64,000 nt of DNA from Candidatus Latescibacterota bacterium. Its GTDB lineage: Bacteria > Latescibacterota > UBA2968 > UBA8231. The stretch spans positions 2,752,001 through 2,816,000 of the forward strand of contig OY730476.1 in assembly GCA_963422735.1 (NCBI GenBank). Reading direction: 5' to 3'. Within the stretch, counting starts at the first letter, position 1, and each line of letters opens with the position of its first letter. Position numbers and translations under genes: made by a program. Shown piece after piece: positions 18,117-27,396 of this stretch. Below the pieces are notes generated by a model. That model searched no databases and was not told the origin of the DNA. It saw only the letters and a program-made list of their open reading frames with translations.

Positions 18117-20922
18117 GGTTATGCGTATTCGCGTTGGGACGATGACGAATGATATATTGGTGCTGATAAGTTGAGGCCCTCGGCTGCTTCCTGCACTCCT
18201 CCCCGAAGTCTAGCTTCCCAGTGTCGATGAAGTCATATACTTGACCCAACAGGTTGTCAGTCACGCGGCGCATCGCTAGCTGAGATAGGCTTCTGGCCAA
18301 GTCCTCGACGACCTCTGACAGGCTCTTGAAGCCTTGGGTGGCCTTCAGTAGAGTGTCGGCCAAGATGTCGGCGGTGTCCTTGAGCGTGTCGCGCCATTCC
18401 TGCGTCCGCTCGTCGGTCAGACGTATGCCGTCGGCCACTCCGCGCAGCTCTGCTAGTCGGGCCTGTATTATGTTCGTCTGATCTTGTTCTGGTTGGGAGA
18501 GGTCTCGTCCTTTTGCCTGACCCATTATTTCATGCAGTTCAGCTTGCAGATCGTTGATCTGCTCGTTAACCTCGGAAGCTTGGAGCCGTAGTTGCGCTGT
18601 TACGGGCACTTCGAGCGGTACGGCTTCGACTGGCATTGCGTCCAACCGATCATCTCTATCTAATAATTCCGCGGCGTCTTGTATCAGCTTGTCCCGTTGC
18701 TTCTTCAGTTCTGGGGATAGCCCTTGTATTTCGCCTGTTTGAGCCTGTTCATTCCGCAGATTTGCGATATCGTCCTGAAAATGACGTAGACGATCTAGCA
18801 AGGCTTGCACCTGATTTTCATCTTCAGTTGCCCCTTCAAAAGCTGTTGTATCCGTCACCCCTGCGGCGGATAGCGTTTCTATCAGTTCGTCCTTGTTCGC
18901 TTGTATGGTTTCGGCTTGCTGTTGTAGGATATCTTGTAGTTGTCCGATCTGCACTGCGAAGTTTGTCAAGGGGGACACCCCCGACAGGTCGGCCAGTCCC
19001 AGCCTGTTGGTAGCCCGATCGACATCCTGCTGACGGCTAATATCGCTGAGCAGATCGGCAGCGGACATCGCAGATTCTTTCGCTACTTTAGTCCTATTCG
19101 TCCACTCTTCCGTATCAAATTCCAGCACCGCCGCGGCGTCTTGTATCAGCTTGTGCAGTTGCTTCTTCTGCTCTGCGCTTGGCGCGGTTTCCTTATAGTC
19201 CCCTCTCAAATTTTCGAGATAGCCCCTCAACGGAGAAAGGCGACCCAGCAAGGCTTGTAGCTGACCTTGCTCTTCAGTTACAGCCTGTTCAAAAGCGGTT
19301 GTATCCACCTTGGATTCGACTAGCTTTCCTCTCAGTTCGTCGCTGACCCTTTTCTGGTCGTCTAAGCGCTGTTGTATGACCTGTCGTAGGCTCTCGGCCT
19401 GTAGTGCGTAGTCTGTCTTCGAGGGTACCCCCGGCGGCTTGTACAGTCCCAGATCGCTGATAGCCTGATCGGTGGACTCGCGAAAGCGAATATTGCTGAG
19501 TAGTTCAGTAGCGGGAACTGGGCCTGGTTGGGCGACCCTCTCGTTCAGTTCGTTCAGTTTCTGCGCAAGCTCAGGGCTTATTTCGACCTCTCTCTGAAAA
19601 TTCAGTGCTCTACTCGGAGATACTTGTGCTTTCTCGCCACCTTTAAGGTCTACTGCATTTATCCCTTGGGTTTTTATCCATTCTTCTAATTGCTCCTGGG
19701 TGTTGTTGGCCCGCATTGTGTATTCTGGCTTGGGGAACAAAGGCGGTTGTCCTGTCGGCCCGTGCGGTTGTCCTGTCGGCTCGTCCTCGCTCATAAGGAG
19801 GTCTTTAAGCCAAGCCGCCCCGGCGACACTGCCAGCAACCTGTAACGCCTTCCCACCAGATTTTCCTAATTTTCCTATGTTCCCGCTTTTACCAGCTAAT
19901 TTTAACCCTTTGTATGCACTGTGGGCCCATTTGGCAGCACTGTAGCCCCTTCCAAGAGCGGAGAAGCTAGTCAGGACTAACAGCATGTCGACTGCAAAGT
20001 CTACCACTTGACGGCCTCGTTCCTCAGCCTCTCTTGGCGTACCTCCAAGTCCTGCGGGCGTCAGTTGCCCCAGCTTGCCAATGATCTCGACCACTCGGTC
20101 GAGGGCCCCCTTAAAGCCTGCCTCCAGTATAGGGGCCGCCTCGCGCAGCTTCGTCAGCATGTTCGATATGGGATCTTCTAGGTCGCCAAAGACGCGGAGC
20201 ATGGACGTTTTGAACTCCATGGCGGTGACGTGGTATTCGCCTCGGACGCGTGCCAAGCCCTCTATCTGCTCGGCTTTTGCCTTCCGCTCGTCCGCCCTAA
20301 AAGCAGCCAGTCGTTGCTCGAAATCTGGTCGCGTGGCCGCAGCCAGAAGAGCTTTGGCGTCTTCCTCGCCGAAGATGGGGCGAGCGATGGCCTCGCGGCG
20401 ACCCACATCCTCCATGGCGGCCAGCCGTTGCAGCATCTCGTCAAGCAGGTCTGTGGTGGGCCGTATCTTGCCTTGGGCGTCTTCGAGTTGTAGCCCGATC
20501 TCGCGGAAGAACTGGCCGCGCTCGGCGTCCGGCTCGACCCATGCCTCTCCTACGGACTCCACGAACGTCAGGATGGCTTCGGATACGTTATCGAGGTCGG
20601 CAGCGAAGACTTTGGCGTAGGCCTGCACATCATTGAGGGAGATGCGGCCTCGCACACTGAGAAGCTGTAGCTCCTCCCCGAGCATGGCCGCTTCGCGGGC
20701 GGCGGCCCCCAGCGAGAAGACCGCGGCACCAGCCGCCACCGAGCTCCACTGCTTCAGCGACTGGATGCCCTGCCGCACCCGGTCGTTGTACTGCTGTATG
20801 GCCCGCTGGTTGCGGCGCAGTTGTCGTCGCTGTTTCTCCAGCTCTGCGGCGGTGCGGCGCGACCCCTGTACGAACTGGGCGTAGCGAGCCTTTATGTTGG
20901 CAACCACTTCTGGGACAGCCAC
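17971..20922 (-). CDS. Tape measure protein, copy A (1-bp deletion near the 3' end extends the ORF)
   Basis: Long Ala/Gln-rich helical protein after the chaperone genes, with internal repeats; C4 at 18201-18204 versus C5 in copy B. Confidence 0.85.
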   Translation of the reverse strand: MAVPEVVANIKARYAQFVQGSRRTAAELEKQRRQLRRNQRAIQQYNDRVRQGIQSLKQWSSVAAGAAVFSLGAAAREAAMLGEELQLLSVRGRISLNDVQAYAKVFAADLDNVSEAILTFVESVGEAWVEPDAERGQFFREIGLQLEDAQGKIRPTTDLLDEMLQRLAAMEDVGRREAIARPIFGEEDAKALLAAATRPDFEQRLAAFRADERKAKAEQIEGLARVRGEYHVTAMEFKTSMLRVFGDLEDPISNMLTKLREAAPILEAGFKGALDRVVEIIGKLGQLTPAGLGGTPREAEERGRQVVDFAVDMLLVLTSFSALGRGYSAAKWAHSAYKGLKLAGKSGNIGKLGKSGGKALQVAGSVAGAAWLKDLLMSEDEPTGQPHGPTGQPPLFPKPEYTMRANNTQEQLEEWIKTQGINAVDLKGGEKAQVSPSRALNFQREVEISPELAQKLNELNERVAQPGPVPATELLSNIRFRESTDQAISDLGLYKPPGVPSKTDYALQAESLRQVIQQRLDDQKRVSDELRGKLVESKVDTTAFEQAVTEEQGQLQALLGRLSPLRGYLENLRGDYKETAPSAEQKKQLHKLIQDAAAVLEFDTEEWTNRTKVAKESAMSAADLLSDISRQQDVDRATNRLGLADLSGVSPLTNFAVQIGQLQDILQQQAETIQANKDELIETLSAAGVTDTTAFEGATEDENQVQALLDRLRHFQDDIANLRNEQAQTGEIQGLSPELKKQRDKLIQDAAELLDRDDRLDAMPVEAVPLEVPVTAQLRLQASEVNEQINDLQAELHEIMGQAKGRDLSQPEQDQTNIIQARLAELRGVADGIRLTDERTQEWRDTLKDTADILADTLLKATQGFKSLSEVVEDLARSLSQLAMRRVTDNLLGQVYDFIDTGKLDFGEECRKQPRASTYQHQYIIRHRPNANTHNHGKANHYHTERDARPLQPATSHTGPVGLRKPRDRTAIHLRARQPVLPV

Positions 20923-20924
20923 GC

Positions 20925-21517
20925 TTAGCCTTGTTCCTTTCGATACGACCCGTAGAGGGCCGCTAGGTTACGCAGCCCTTCTATGCGCTTCTCTGGGTCG
21001 TTTTCCTCGTCGTCTTCGGGTTCTGATGTCTTAAGGAAAGCAGCCGCTACCAGTGGGAAGGATGGGTAGCGAGCCAGATGACGCAGCCAGCCCTGGTACT
21101 CAACGTTGGGGAGCGCGTTGACTTGGGCTAGCGTGAGACCGAGGGCGCGAGCGACTAGGTAGGGTCGTCGTTCTCGTCGTCCTCCTTCTGGTTACTCCGC
21201 TTGGGGCCGAAGCAGACCTCGCTGCACTTTTTAACCAGCGGGCCGTCCGCCCCACCCGTGCGCTGTATCAAGGCCCACGCCTGCTCGTCGCTCAGCTCGA
21301 CCGCCGCCGCGACCCGAACGGTCTCGACGATGATGCCGTTTGTTCGGGCACCGGCCTCTGGTGCTTCGCTGTCCAGTGCTTCCCACTGGCTCAAGATGCG
21401 GTCCGCTTCGGACTTGGACGGGTAGCGCAAGGGGATGGGTACGCCCTCGGCGGTCTCGTAGGGCGACGGCTGCGACTCGATCAGGGCGATCAATTCTTGA
21501 GTAGGTGTTTCTTTCAT
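20925..21517 (-). CDS. Tail assembly chaperone G (21155..21517) and GT -1 frameshift extension (to 20925), copy A
   Basis: G ends GAC GAC CCT ACC TAG; the -1 frame reads PYLVARALGLTLAQVNALPNVEYQGWL...; lies between major tail and tape measure genes. Confidence 0.75.
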
Positions 21518-21525
21518 GGGACTCC

Positions 21526-22170
21526 TTATCCGCCAATGACGGGCAGTGCGACTTGTACTATGGGTTGGATGCCGATCGTGATGGAAGTACTGTCTTCGCT
21601 GAACGACGGCACGATAGGCCCCGTGATGACCGCATTGAAGGACCACGTCATGGACGGCACCAGGACCTTGTAGGACGCCGTGGCTGAGACATCTGAATCC
21701 GGTTTCTCGACCTTTATCGTCGTCCCGTTCACCTCGATGATAGGGTGGTACTTAGACCCCACCTTGATGACGGCTCCGACGAATGCTTCGCCTTTGTCGC
21801 CATCGGGGCCTCCGCCCGCGAAGGTACAAGCCCCATTGCTTCTGGCGATGGCGATAGTTTTGGAGCTATCCCCTGGGAACAGCTCCATCTTCTTCGTGGC
21901 GATCTCGATGTTTTTTAATTCGCCGCAGACCCAGCTATCGTACATGCTGCTCCACACGTCTAGCGCGAAGGATGGGTTGAAATCCGCACTATAGCTGGGA
22001 ATGTCGCCGGACGTTGTTATGACCTGCACCCCGTCGAAGTCGCGGATATTGCTGACGTTGCGCTCGCCGCCGGACGACGTCAGAGACCGTAGGCCGGGCA
22101 CACGCACCCCCCCTACTTTGAAGTCCATGTGCGCGGTCGGGATGGTGGCTGGGGACAGTTTCTTGGCCAT
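21526..22170 (-). CDS. Major tail tube protein, copy A
   Basis: 214 aa beta-rich protein upstream of the chaperone and tape measure genes. Confidence 0.7.
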   Translation of the reverse strand: MAKKLSPATIPTAHMDFKVGGVRVPGLRSLTSSGGERNVSNIRDFDGVQVITTSGDIPSYSADFNPSFALDVWSSMYDSWVCGELKNIEIATKKMELFPGDSSKTIAIARSNGACTFAGGGPDGDKGEAFVGAVIKVGSKYHPIIEVNGTTIKVEKPDSDVSATASYKVLVPSMTWSFNAVITGPIVPSFSEDSTSITIGIQPIVQVALPVIGG

Positions 22171-22180
22171 TGTTTTTTCT

Positions 22181-22660
22181 CTATCCGATAAGGCTGCGCG
22201 TGGCAGCCGAGTTCGTGCGACCGAGGTCGTCTATCGCCTTGGCCATGCTACGACGTAGGGCGTCTTCGATGGCTTCGACCGTCACATTCGATTGCAAAGC
22301 CTTCTCGACAAAGCGATTGGCGCGGATGCGCCCAGTGCGGCCTCCGCTTTTCTTGCGCCGCCGCGGCACCGTGCCCAGCGTCTGAAGGTGCGTGTGCGGG
22401 GCACCGACCAGCAGGCCGATGCGTCGCTCGCCAGCCACCTGCACCCGCTGGCTCCGGCCCGTCTTGTCTGCCTTGCCACGCAGCCGCCGACGAAGCAGGC
22501 CGGTGCGCACGGGTGCGCCGCGCCGCGCTTCCTTAGCGGCAGCACGAGCCACCCGGACACCCGCTTGGCCGTATGCGTGATCCGCAAAGCGCGGGGTGTC
22601 CAGCTCGTTCAGCAGACCGATCAGTTCCTCTAGGCCTAGCAGTTCAAGGTCAAGTTCCAT
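22181..22660 (-). CDS. HK97 gp10-like tail completion protein, copy A
   Basis: LLGLEEL start, APVRTGLLRR, H-x-x-x-x-GT, ANRFV motifs. Confidence 0.75.
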   Translation of the reverse strand: MELDLELLGLEELIGLLNELDTPRFADHAYGQAGVRVARAAAKEARRGAPVRTGLLRRRLRGKADKTGRSQRVQVAGERRIGLLVGAPHTHLQTLGTVPRRRKKSGGRTGRIRANRFVEKALQSNVTVEAIEDALRRSMAKAIDDLGRTNSAATRSLIG

Positions 22661-22789
22661 CGTGTCGCCTGTGATTGGGGAGTACTAGAAATAATCAGGA
22701 AAACTGTCTTCTTTGGCAAGGTGTCCCAAGTCGTCAGCAGCTTAGCTGAGGACCGCCAATCTTTCTGTCTCGGTGATAAAATTCTATCA

Positions 22790-22834
22790 TTTTATACTGG
22801 ATGATACGGAGGTGCTTCGTAGGTTGTAGGTATG
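22790..22834 (+). promoter_or_regulatory. Element-specific sigma70-like promoter cassette (variant)
   Basis: ttttatactggatg...cttcg-taggtt-gtaggt-ATG, similar to the cassettes at 26721, 38711 and 40178. Confidence 0.5.
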
Positions 22835-23272
22835 GAAACCAGCGGCGGCAAATGGATCAGGCCAGACAAGCGGTTGGCCATCTACTTGCGAGACGGCCTT
22901 GCCTGCGTTTGGTGTGGGTGGGCTATCGAGGATGGCGAGCGGCTGAGCTTGGACCACATAACCCCCCACTCTAAGGGGGGCAGCAACGGAGCCGACAACT
23001 TGATCGCTTGCTGCCTCCGCTGCAATTCCTCGCGGCAGGATCGCAGCATCGACGAGTTCGCCCAGCGCGTGGTGGAGTACCACAAGAAGGGCGACCCCTC
23101 GGAGATCCTGGCGCGCATCGAGTACCACAAGAAGGGCGACCCCTCGGAGATCCTGGCGCGCATCGAGCACAAGCTGGGTCTCGACTTAGCCCCTTATCGA
23201 GACGAGGCCAAGCGAATCATCGCCCGGCGCAAGGACGAAAGGACGGGCAACCCCTGTGGTGGTGTCTCGTGA
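22832..23272 (+). CDS. HNH endonuclease
   Basis: RDGLACVWCG, LDHITPHSKGG, NLIACCLRCN. Confidence 0.85.
   Translation: METSGGKWIRPDKRLAIYLRDGLACVWCGWAIEDGERLSLDHITPHSKGGSNGADNLIACCLRCNSSRQDRSIDEFAQRVVEYHKKGDPSEILARIEYHKKGDPSEILARIEHKLGLDLAPYRDEAKRIIARRKDERTGNPCGGVS
23075..23164 (+). repeat. 45-bp perfect tandem duplication (EYHKKGDPSEILARI x2)
   Basis: gagtaccacaagaagggcgacccctcggagatcctggcgcgcatc twice. Confidence 0.95.
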
Positions 23273-23289
23273 CATCACCACAGGGGTTG
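23248..23289. terminator. 19-bp-stem hairpin over the HNH stop codon
   Basis: caacccctgtggtggtgtc-tcgt-gacatcaccacaggggttg. Confidence 0.55.
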
Positions 23290-23325
23290 TGGTGCATTAA
23301 AATCTAACCCAAGAAGGATGCAAAT

Positions 23326-23607
23326 ATGAGGTTTTTTCTTCAGAACGATAAAGGGGAGGAGACGAGTATTCACCTAACCCGATATACACACGGGGACGGA
23401 TCCTACCATAGCGCTATTTCCAGACGAGTAGCCCGCCGCCTGCGTAAATTTGCGAAAGGGGGGTGGATTCGGTGGAGCGAGAAGTCAGCATCGAATGGGG
23501 CAATGATTTTGCCCATTCGGGATGATTGGGATGGAGGGACGTGCCCGTGCCCGAGGTGTGTCTGGCTCGATGAGGATACGATCAGAATTCACAGTTATTG
23601 GGAATAG
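23326..23607 (+). CDS. Hypothetical phage protein
   Basis: ATG with upstream AAGGA RBS; 93 aa with CxCxxC. Confidence 0.5.
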   Translation: MRFFLQNDKGEETSIHLTRYTHGDGSYHSAISRRVARRLRKFAKGGWIRWSEKSASNGAMILPIRDDWDGGTCPCPRCVWLDEDTIRIHSYWE

Positions 23608-23644
23608 ATTTCAAACCAATCGAGTCCGCCCTTAAAGAGGCCTT

Positions 23645-23684
23645 AACGGTGGGGCTATCAATTATTGACAGCCCCACCGTTTTG
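23645..23684. terminator. Near-perfect palindrome / intrinsic terminator
   Basis: aacggtggggct-atcaattattgac-agccccaccgtt followed by T residues. Confidence 0.65.
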
Positions 23685-23734
23685 TCGTTAGCTCTATTAA
23701 TCCTCCCCCTCACCATAAACTCTTGGAGGATGTA

Positions 23735-24025
23735 ATGGAAAGTAAGCCGATCAATGATATTTTGGTCAGCCAAGGTCGTATCATGGAGCGGCTAGAGACA
23801 CAGGCCGGAGACATTGAAGAGTTGAAAGAAGATGTCAAGGTGTTGGAGCGTAGCCAGAATGAGGCCTCCATCGTCTTGGGTCGCCTGAAGGACTTGCCTG
23901 AGCAAATAGATGAGATGAAGCGATTCATCTATAAGGTTGGCGGCGGCATTCTGCTGATCGTAGTGCTGTTAGAGTCGTTTGTTGTCCTTCTCGCGCCTAA
24001 TATCCCCGCCATATTGGCAAGCTAA
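23735..24025 (+). CDS. Coiled-coil protein with C-terminal TM helix (XhlA/holin-like architecture)
   Basis: GGAGGA RBS; heptad region then GGGILLIVVLL hydrophobic stretch. Confidence 0.55.
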   Translation: MESKPINDILVSQGRIMERLETQAGDIEELKEDVKVLERSQNEASIVLGRLKDLPEQIDEMKRFIYKVGGGILLIVVLLESFVVLLAPNIPAILAS

Positions 24026-24044
24026 GCCAGCATGACAACCCTTT

Positions 24045-25889
24045 TTATACTCTATCCACCAAATTGATGCCCCGCTCTCGCATCTGCCGGTAGAGGTCGC
24101 TCAGGCTGTTTGCTTCCTGTCTGCTTAGCTCCTCGGCGGCCCCGGTGGCCATGACCGACGCTACCAGCGGGTCGATCTTGCTCTCGCTCGTCGATTTCTT
24201 GAGTGCTCGGTTGTTCTGCGCGTCCGCCATGATCTCGCATCCGAAGCAGGCCCACCGCAGGACCGGGTTCTCGCGCACCCGCAGGCGGCCCGACAGCACG
24301 GCGATCTCGAACTGGTCGATGGAGCGAGGCATCCATAGACGCGGCTTGGGTCGCTCGACCTTGTTGCTGGCTGGCGGCGCGTTGGCCGGTGCGCCCGTGA
24401 AGCCTTGTGCATGGCGCAGCATGTAGAGCACCCCATCCTTGCGCCGCTCTGTCTGATTAGTCCATAGTATGCCGTGTTCGTCAAGGATGCGCTGGAGCTC
24501 GTCGATTCGCCAATGGTCGTACGCGCAGGCTTGCACGTAGCCGGTGGCCATCAGGCCGCGCAGCCACTCCACGACATATGCGAAGTCGATCACCGGCCCG
24601 GGCGTGGCCTCTATATATCCATCCTCAATCCATTTCAGGTACGGCACGTTGTCCTGCATAGCCCGCTGCGTCACGCCGTCCTTGGGCATCCAGCACTTCA
24701 CGTCCAGCCAGTATATTTTGTCGTCTCCATGACCCGCTAGTGTCACGTCCGCCCCGGCGGTCAGGTCAGCCTTCCGACTCAGGTCGAGGGCTAGGTAGCG
24801 CGGGCCGGGCGGTGGGTCCCATGCGTCGTACGGCACGACGCAGGCGTTGAACCGGTCGACGTCCAGCCACGGGTTGAGGGCCTCGGTCCACCGACCAAAG
24901 TTGAGTCGATCGACCAGTGCCCGCTTGGACGGGTTGCCCTCGGCGGCGGACACCTCGCTCCGCAGGTACTCAAGCGTCGGCGTCCAAGGCATGGACGGGT
25001 TGGCTTGCTCCCAGCACGACTCGTCGGCGAAAGGGTCGCTGTCGTCGTCCGTGTCGGCGATGAAGGCAAAGTAGTCGTCTCGCTCAATCACGCCGGTGGC
25101 TATCTGCTTGGCGATCTGATCTTCGATGTAGCAGCAGGACTGGCGGGACGAGCCGGCGTTGGTCAGGATGATAGTCAGGGGTTGCAGGCGGTCCTTGGCT
25201 CCCATAGACAGAAACTCGAGCATGGCGTCGCTGGCCGCCTCGTGGTACTCGTCTATGATCGTCATGGACGCATTAGGGCCTGACACCCCCTCGCCCATGC
25301 TGTCGCTGGACACCCGCATGAACTGCCCTCGGCTCTGGTTGTGTATGATCCTGTTGGGCGTAGAGCCGCCGAGGATGGTGAAGTGCTCATTCAGGTGGGT
25401 ATGATTGATCATCTCGGCCGCTTGAACGAATAGGGGGGCTGTCTGCGCGAAGGTGCGGGCGGCAACATAGACCTCGGCTAGGTGCTCGCGGTCGATATGT
25501 AGATGGGCTATGGCGAGCCCGGCGACCAGCGGCGACTTACCGCTCCCCTTCCCTGTCCTCAGGTAGGCCCGCCGGAACCGGCGCACCCAGATAGGGTGTC
25601 CGTCCGCTGGATGAGATTGGCAGGTGCGCCACCCGTATAGGCAGCCCACGAAGAACTGCTGCCAAGGTAGCAAGCGGAAGGGCTGTCCCGCGGATACGCC
25701 CTTGACGAAGCGCAGGTTGGACTCGAAGAATCGCCCGGCCGCCGCCGCCGCCTTGCGGTCGAAGACGAAGGTAGCGCTCTGTCTGTCGAGGTCGTCGAGA
25801 TGGCGCTGGCAGGAGGCGACCAGCGAGTTGCCAGCGGGTCGGTCGCCGCGCACCACGGACTGAGCATACTGAGTTACGGCGTCGGCCAT
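24045..25889 (-). CDS. Terminase large subunit (HK97-type)
   Basis: CQRHLDDL, LLPWQQF, GKGSGKS Walker A, IIDEYH Walker B, LDLSRKADLT, KIDPLVA. Confidence 0.93.
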   Translation of the reverse strand: MADAVTQYAQSVVRGDRPAGNSLVASCQRHLDDLDRQSATFVFDRKAAAAAGRFFESNLRFVKGVSAGQPFRLLPWQQFFVGCLYGWRTCQSHPADGHPIWVRRFRRAYLRTGKGSGKSPLVAGLAIAHLHIDREHLAEVYVAARTFAQTAPLFVQAAEMINHTHLNEHFTILGGSTPNRIIHNQSRGQFMRVSSDSMGEGVSGPNASMTIIDEYHEAASDAMLEFLSMGAKDRLQPLTIILTNAGSSRQSCCYIEDQIAKQIATGVIERDDYFAFIADTDDDSDPFADESCWEQANPSMPWTPTLEYLRSEVSAAEGNPSKRALVDRLNFGRWTEALNPWLDVDRFNACVVPYDAWDPPPGPRYLALDLSRKADLTAGADVTLAGHGDDKIYWLDVKCWMPKDGVTQRAMQDNVPYLKWIEDGYIEATPGPVIDFAYVVEWLRGLMATGYVQACAYDHWRIDELQRILDEHGILWTNQTERRKDGVLYMLRHAQGFTGAPANAPPASNKVERPKPRLWMPRSIDQFEIAVLSGRLRVRENPVLRWACFGCEIMADAQNNRALKKSTSESKIDPLVASVMATGAAEELSRQEANSLSDLYRQMRERGINLVDRV

Positions 25890-25904
25890 ACTACATGAGC
25901 GTAT

Positions 25905-26342
25905 TCAGGCCCCCACGTCGTCCGGCAGCTCGGGGTCTGTATGGATGTCGTCGTATGCCGGGTCTTTGGGTGTGATGTGGTCGGCGGCCATCCGCTCAAT
26001 CTCTTGGGCGACGCCCACCATACGGTCGCGGCGGTCAGACGCATGCTTCAAGGCCGGCGTCATCATCGCCACCATCTTGGCGACCAGCATGGGATCCTCT
26101 TCTCCACTCTCAACCCTCTGGGTCACCACGCGCATGGCGCTGCGGGCGTCCGACAGGAACGCTTCGAGGATGTCGTCGTCGTCTTTGGGCGGCGGTGCCG
26201 CCGCCCGGGCAGCCTCGATCCACTTGCGGACTGTCACCGGCGCAACGCCGGCCGCCTTGGCGATGGCGTCGGTTCGCTTGCCCTGTGCGGCCATGATGAG
26301 CACTTGGGCGCGGATGCTGTCGGGCTTGGCTACGGTTGGCAT
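25905..26342 (-). CDS. HTH protein, probable terminase small subunit
   Basis: N-terminal HTH (AIAKAAGVAPVTVRKWI); between HNH and terL; start at MPTVAK inferred. Confidence 0.6.
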   Translation of the reverse strand: MPTVAKPDSIRAQVLIMAAQGKRTDAIAKAAGVAPVTVRKWIEAARAAAPPPKDDDDILEAFLSDARSAMRVVTQRVESGEEDPMLVAKMVAMMTPALKHASDRRDRMVGVAQEIERMAADHITPKDPAYDDIHTDPELPDDVGA

Positions 26343-26620
26343 TGGTTGCACGGAACAGCCCTTGGGACACCGTGAACACACGGCATGGAGTGCTTGCGTA
26401 TGGTGCCCAAGTCGAGTGCTGTCTTGGCCTCGTGGTGCTCGGAGCAGAGCGGCTGCACGTTGTCCCGCGCCATGATCTCGCCGCCCTTGTAGCGAGGGAC
26501 GATATGGTCTAGTTCAGTCGCCGGCACGGTTCGACCTTCGGCCTCGCACTGGCAGCACAAGGGCTGCTCGGCGAGGACCCGACGCCGAAATCTCCGATAT
26601 CGTCGATGGGATAATTGCAT
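26330..26620 (-). CDS. Packaging-associated HNH endonuclease
   Basis: PLCCQCEAEG, ATELDHIVP, NVQPLCSEHHEAKT; upstream of terminase. Confidence 0.88.
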   Translation of the reverse strand: MQLSHRRYRRFRRRVLAEQPLCCQCEAEGRTVPATELDHIVPRYKGGEIMARDNVQPLCSEHHEAKTALDLGTIRKHSMPCVHGVPRAVPCNQCQP

Positions 26621-26720
26621 TACAGCAATGTAGGGAAAATATCATCCCGCAAAAAATCTTTTATTCCCTCACGATTTCCCTAATATGTTCGTTTCGATGT
26701 CCTACCCCCCCTTTTTGTAT

Positions 26721-26767
26721 TTTTACACTTGACACAGGGTATTCTCCATTAGTATGTTATATTTATG
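26721..26767 (+). promoter_or_regulatory. Promoter cassette TTTTACAC-TTGACA...TATGTT
   Basis: ttttacacttgacacagggtattctccattagtatgttatatttATG. Confidence 0.65.
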
Positions 26768-26790
26768 ATCTTAAACCGAGGAGATTAAGA

Positions 26791-27396
26791 ATGGGTGGAG
26801 TTCCCAACACACTGAATGGCCTCTCGCCATATGACTGCGTCTCTGCGTTGCAGAAGCACATTCGGCGCAGCGAGGAGACGCAAGCCTATCTGGTTGCCTG
26901 CGAGATGCTAAACTCATCAGGGAACCTTCCTCAGTGGATGCTGGGGAGGCTGTTAGTCATCAGCCACGAAGACATTGACGCGGTGGCCAGCCCGCATGTC
27001 GTCCCGTTTGTGGCTGCGTCGGTAGCCCAAGCTACCGAATGGGTTCGCAAGAAGAAGAAAGGCGAGGCGGCACTGGCCGTAGCCAACGCCATCCGCGTCC
27101 TATGCCACGCCAAGAAGAGCCGGGTGGCCGACCACTGGGCGATGATCTGGTATGAAAGGAACGCTCAGGGCGCACGTATACCGGAGATACCGGACTACGC
27201 CTACGACATGCACACCCGGCGGGGCAAGGAGATGGGGCGAGGGCTAGACCACTTCTACGAGGAGGCGGCCAAGCTCTTCGACGTCGACGGTACGGAGGTG
27301 TCCCCCGACCCGTGGCGCGACGAGGCCCGACAGGCCGACACGGAGGCCGCCAACCCTCCATCCCTTTTTCCACCCCAGAAGGAGTCAGACCAATGA
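26791..27396 (+). CDS. Stand-alone RarA/MgsA C-terminal-like domain protein
   Basis: SALQKHIRRS, LLVISHEDI, IPDYAYDMHT; no Walker motifs. Confidence 0.7.
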   Translation: MGGVPNTLNGLSPYDCVSALQKHIRRSEETQAYLVACEMLNSSGNLPQWMLGRLLVISHEDIDAVASPHVVPFVAASVAQATEWVRKKKKGEAALAVANAIRVLCHAKKSRVADHWAMIWYERNAQGARIPEIPDYAYDMHTRRGKEMGRGLDHFYEEAAKLFDVDGTEVSPDPWRDEARQADTEAANPPSLFPPQKESDQ

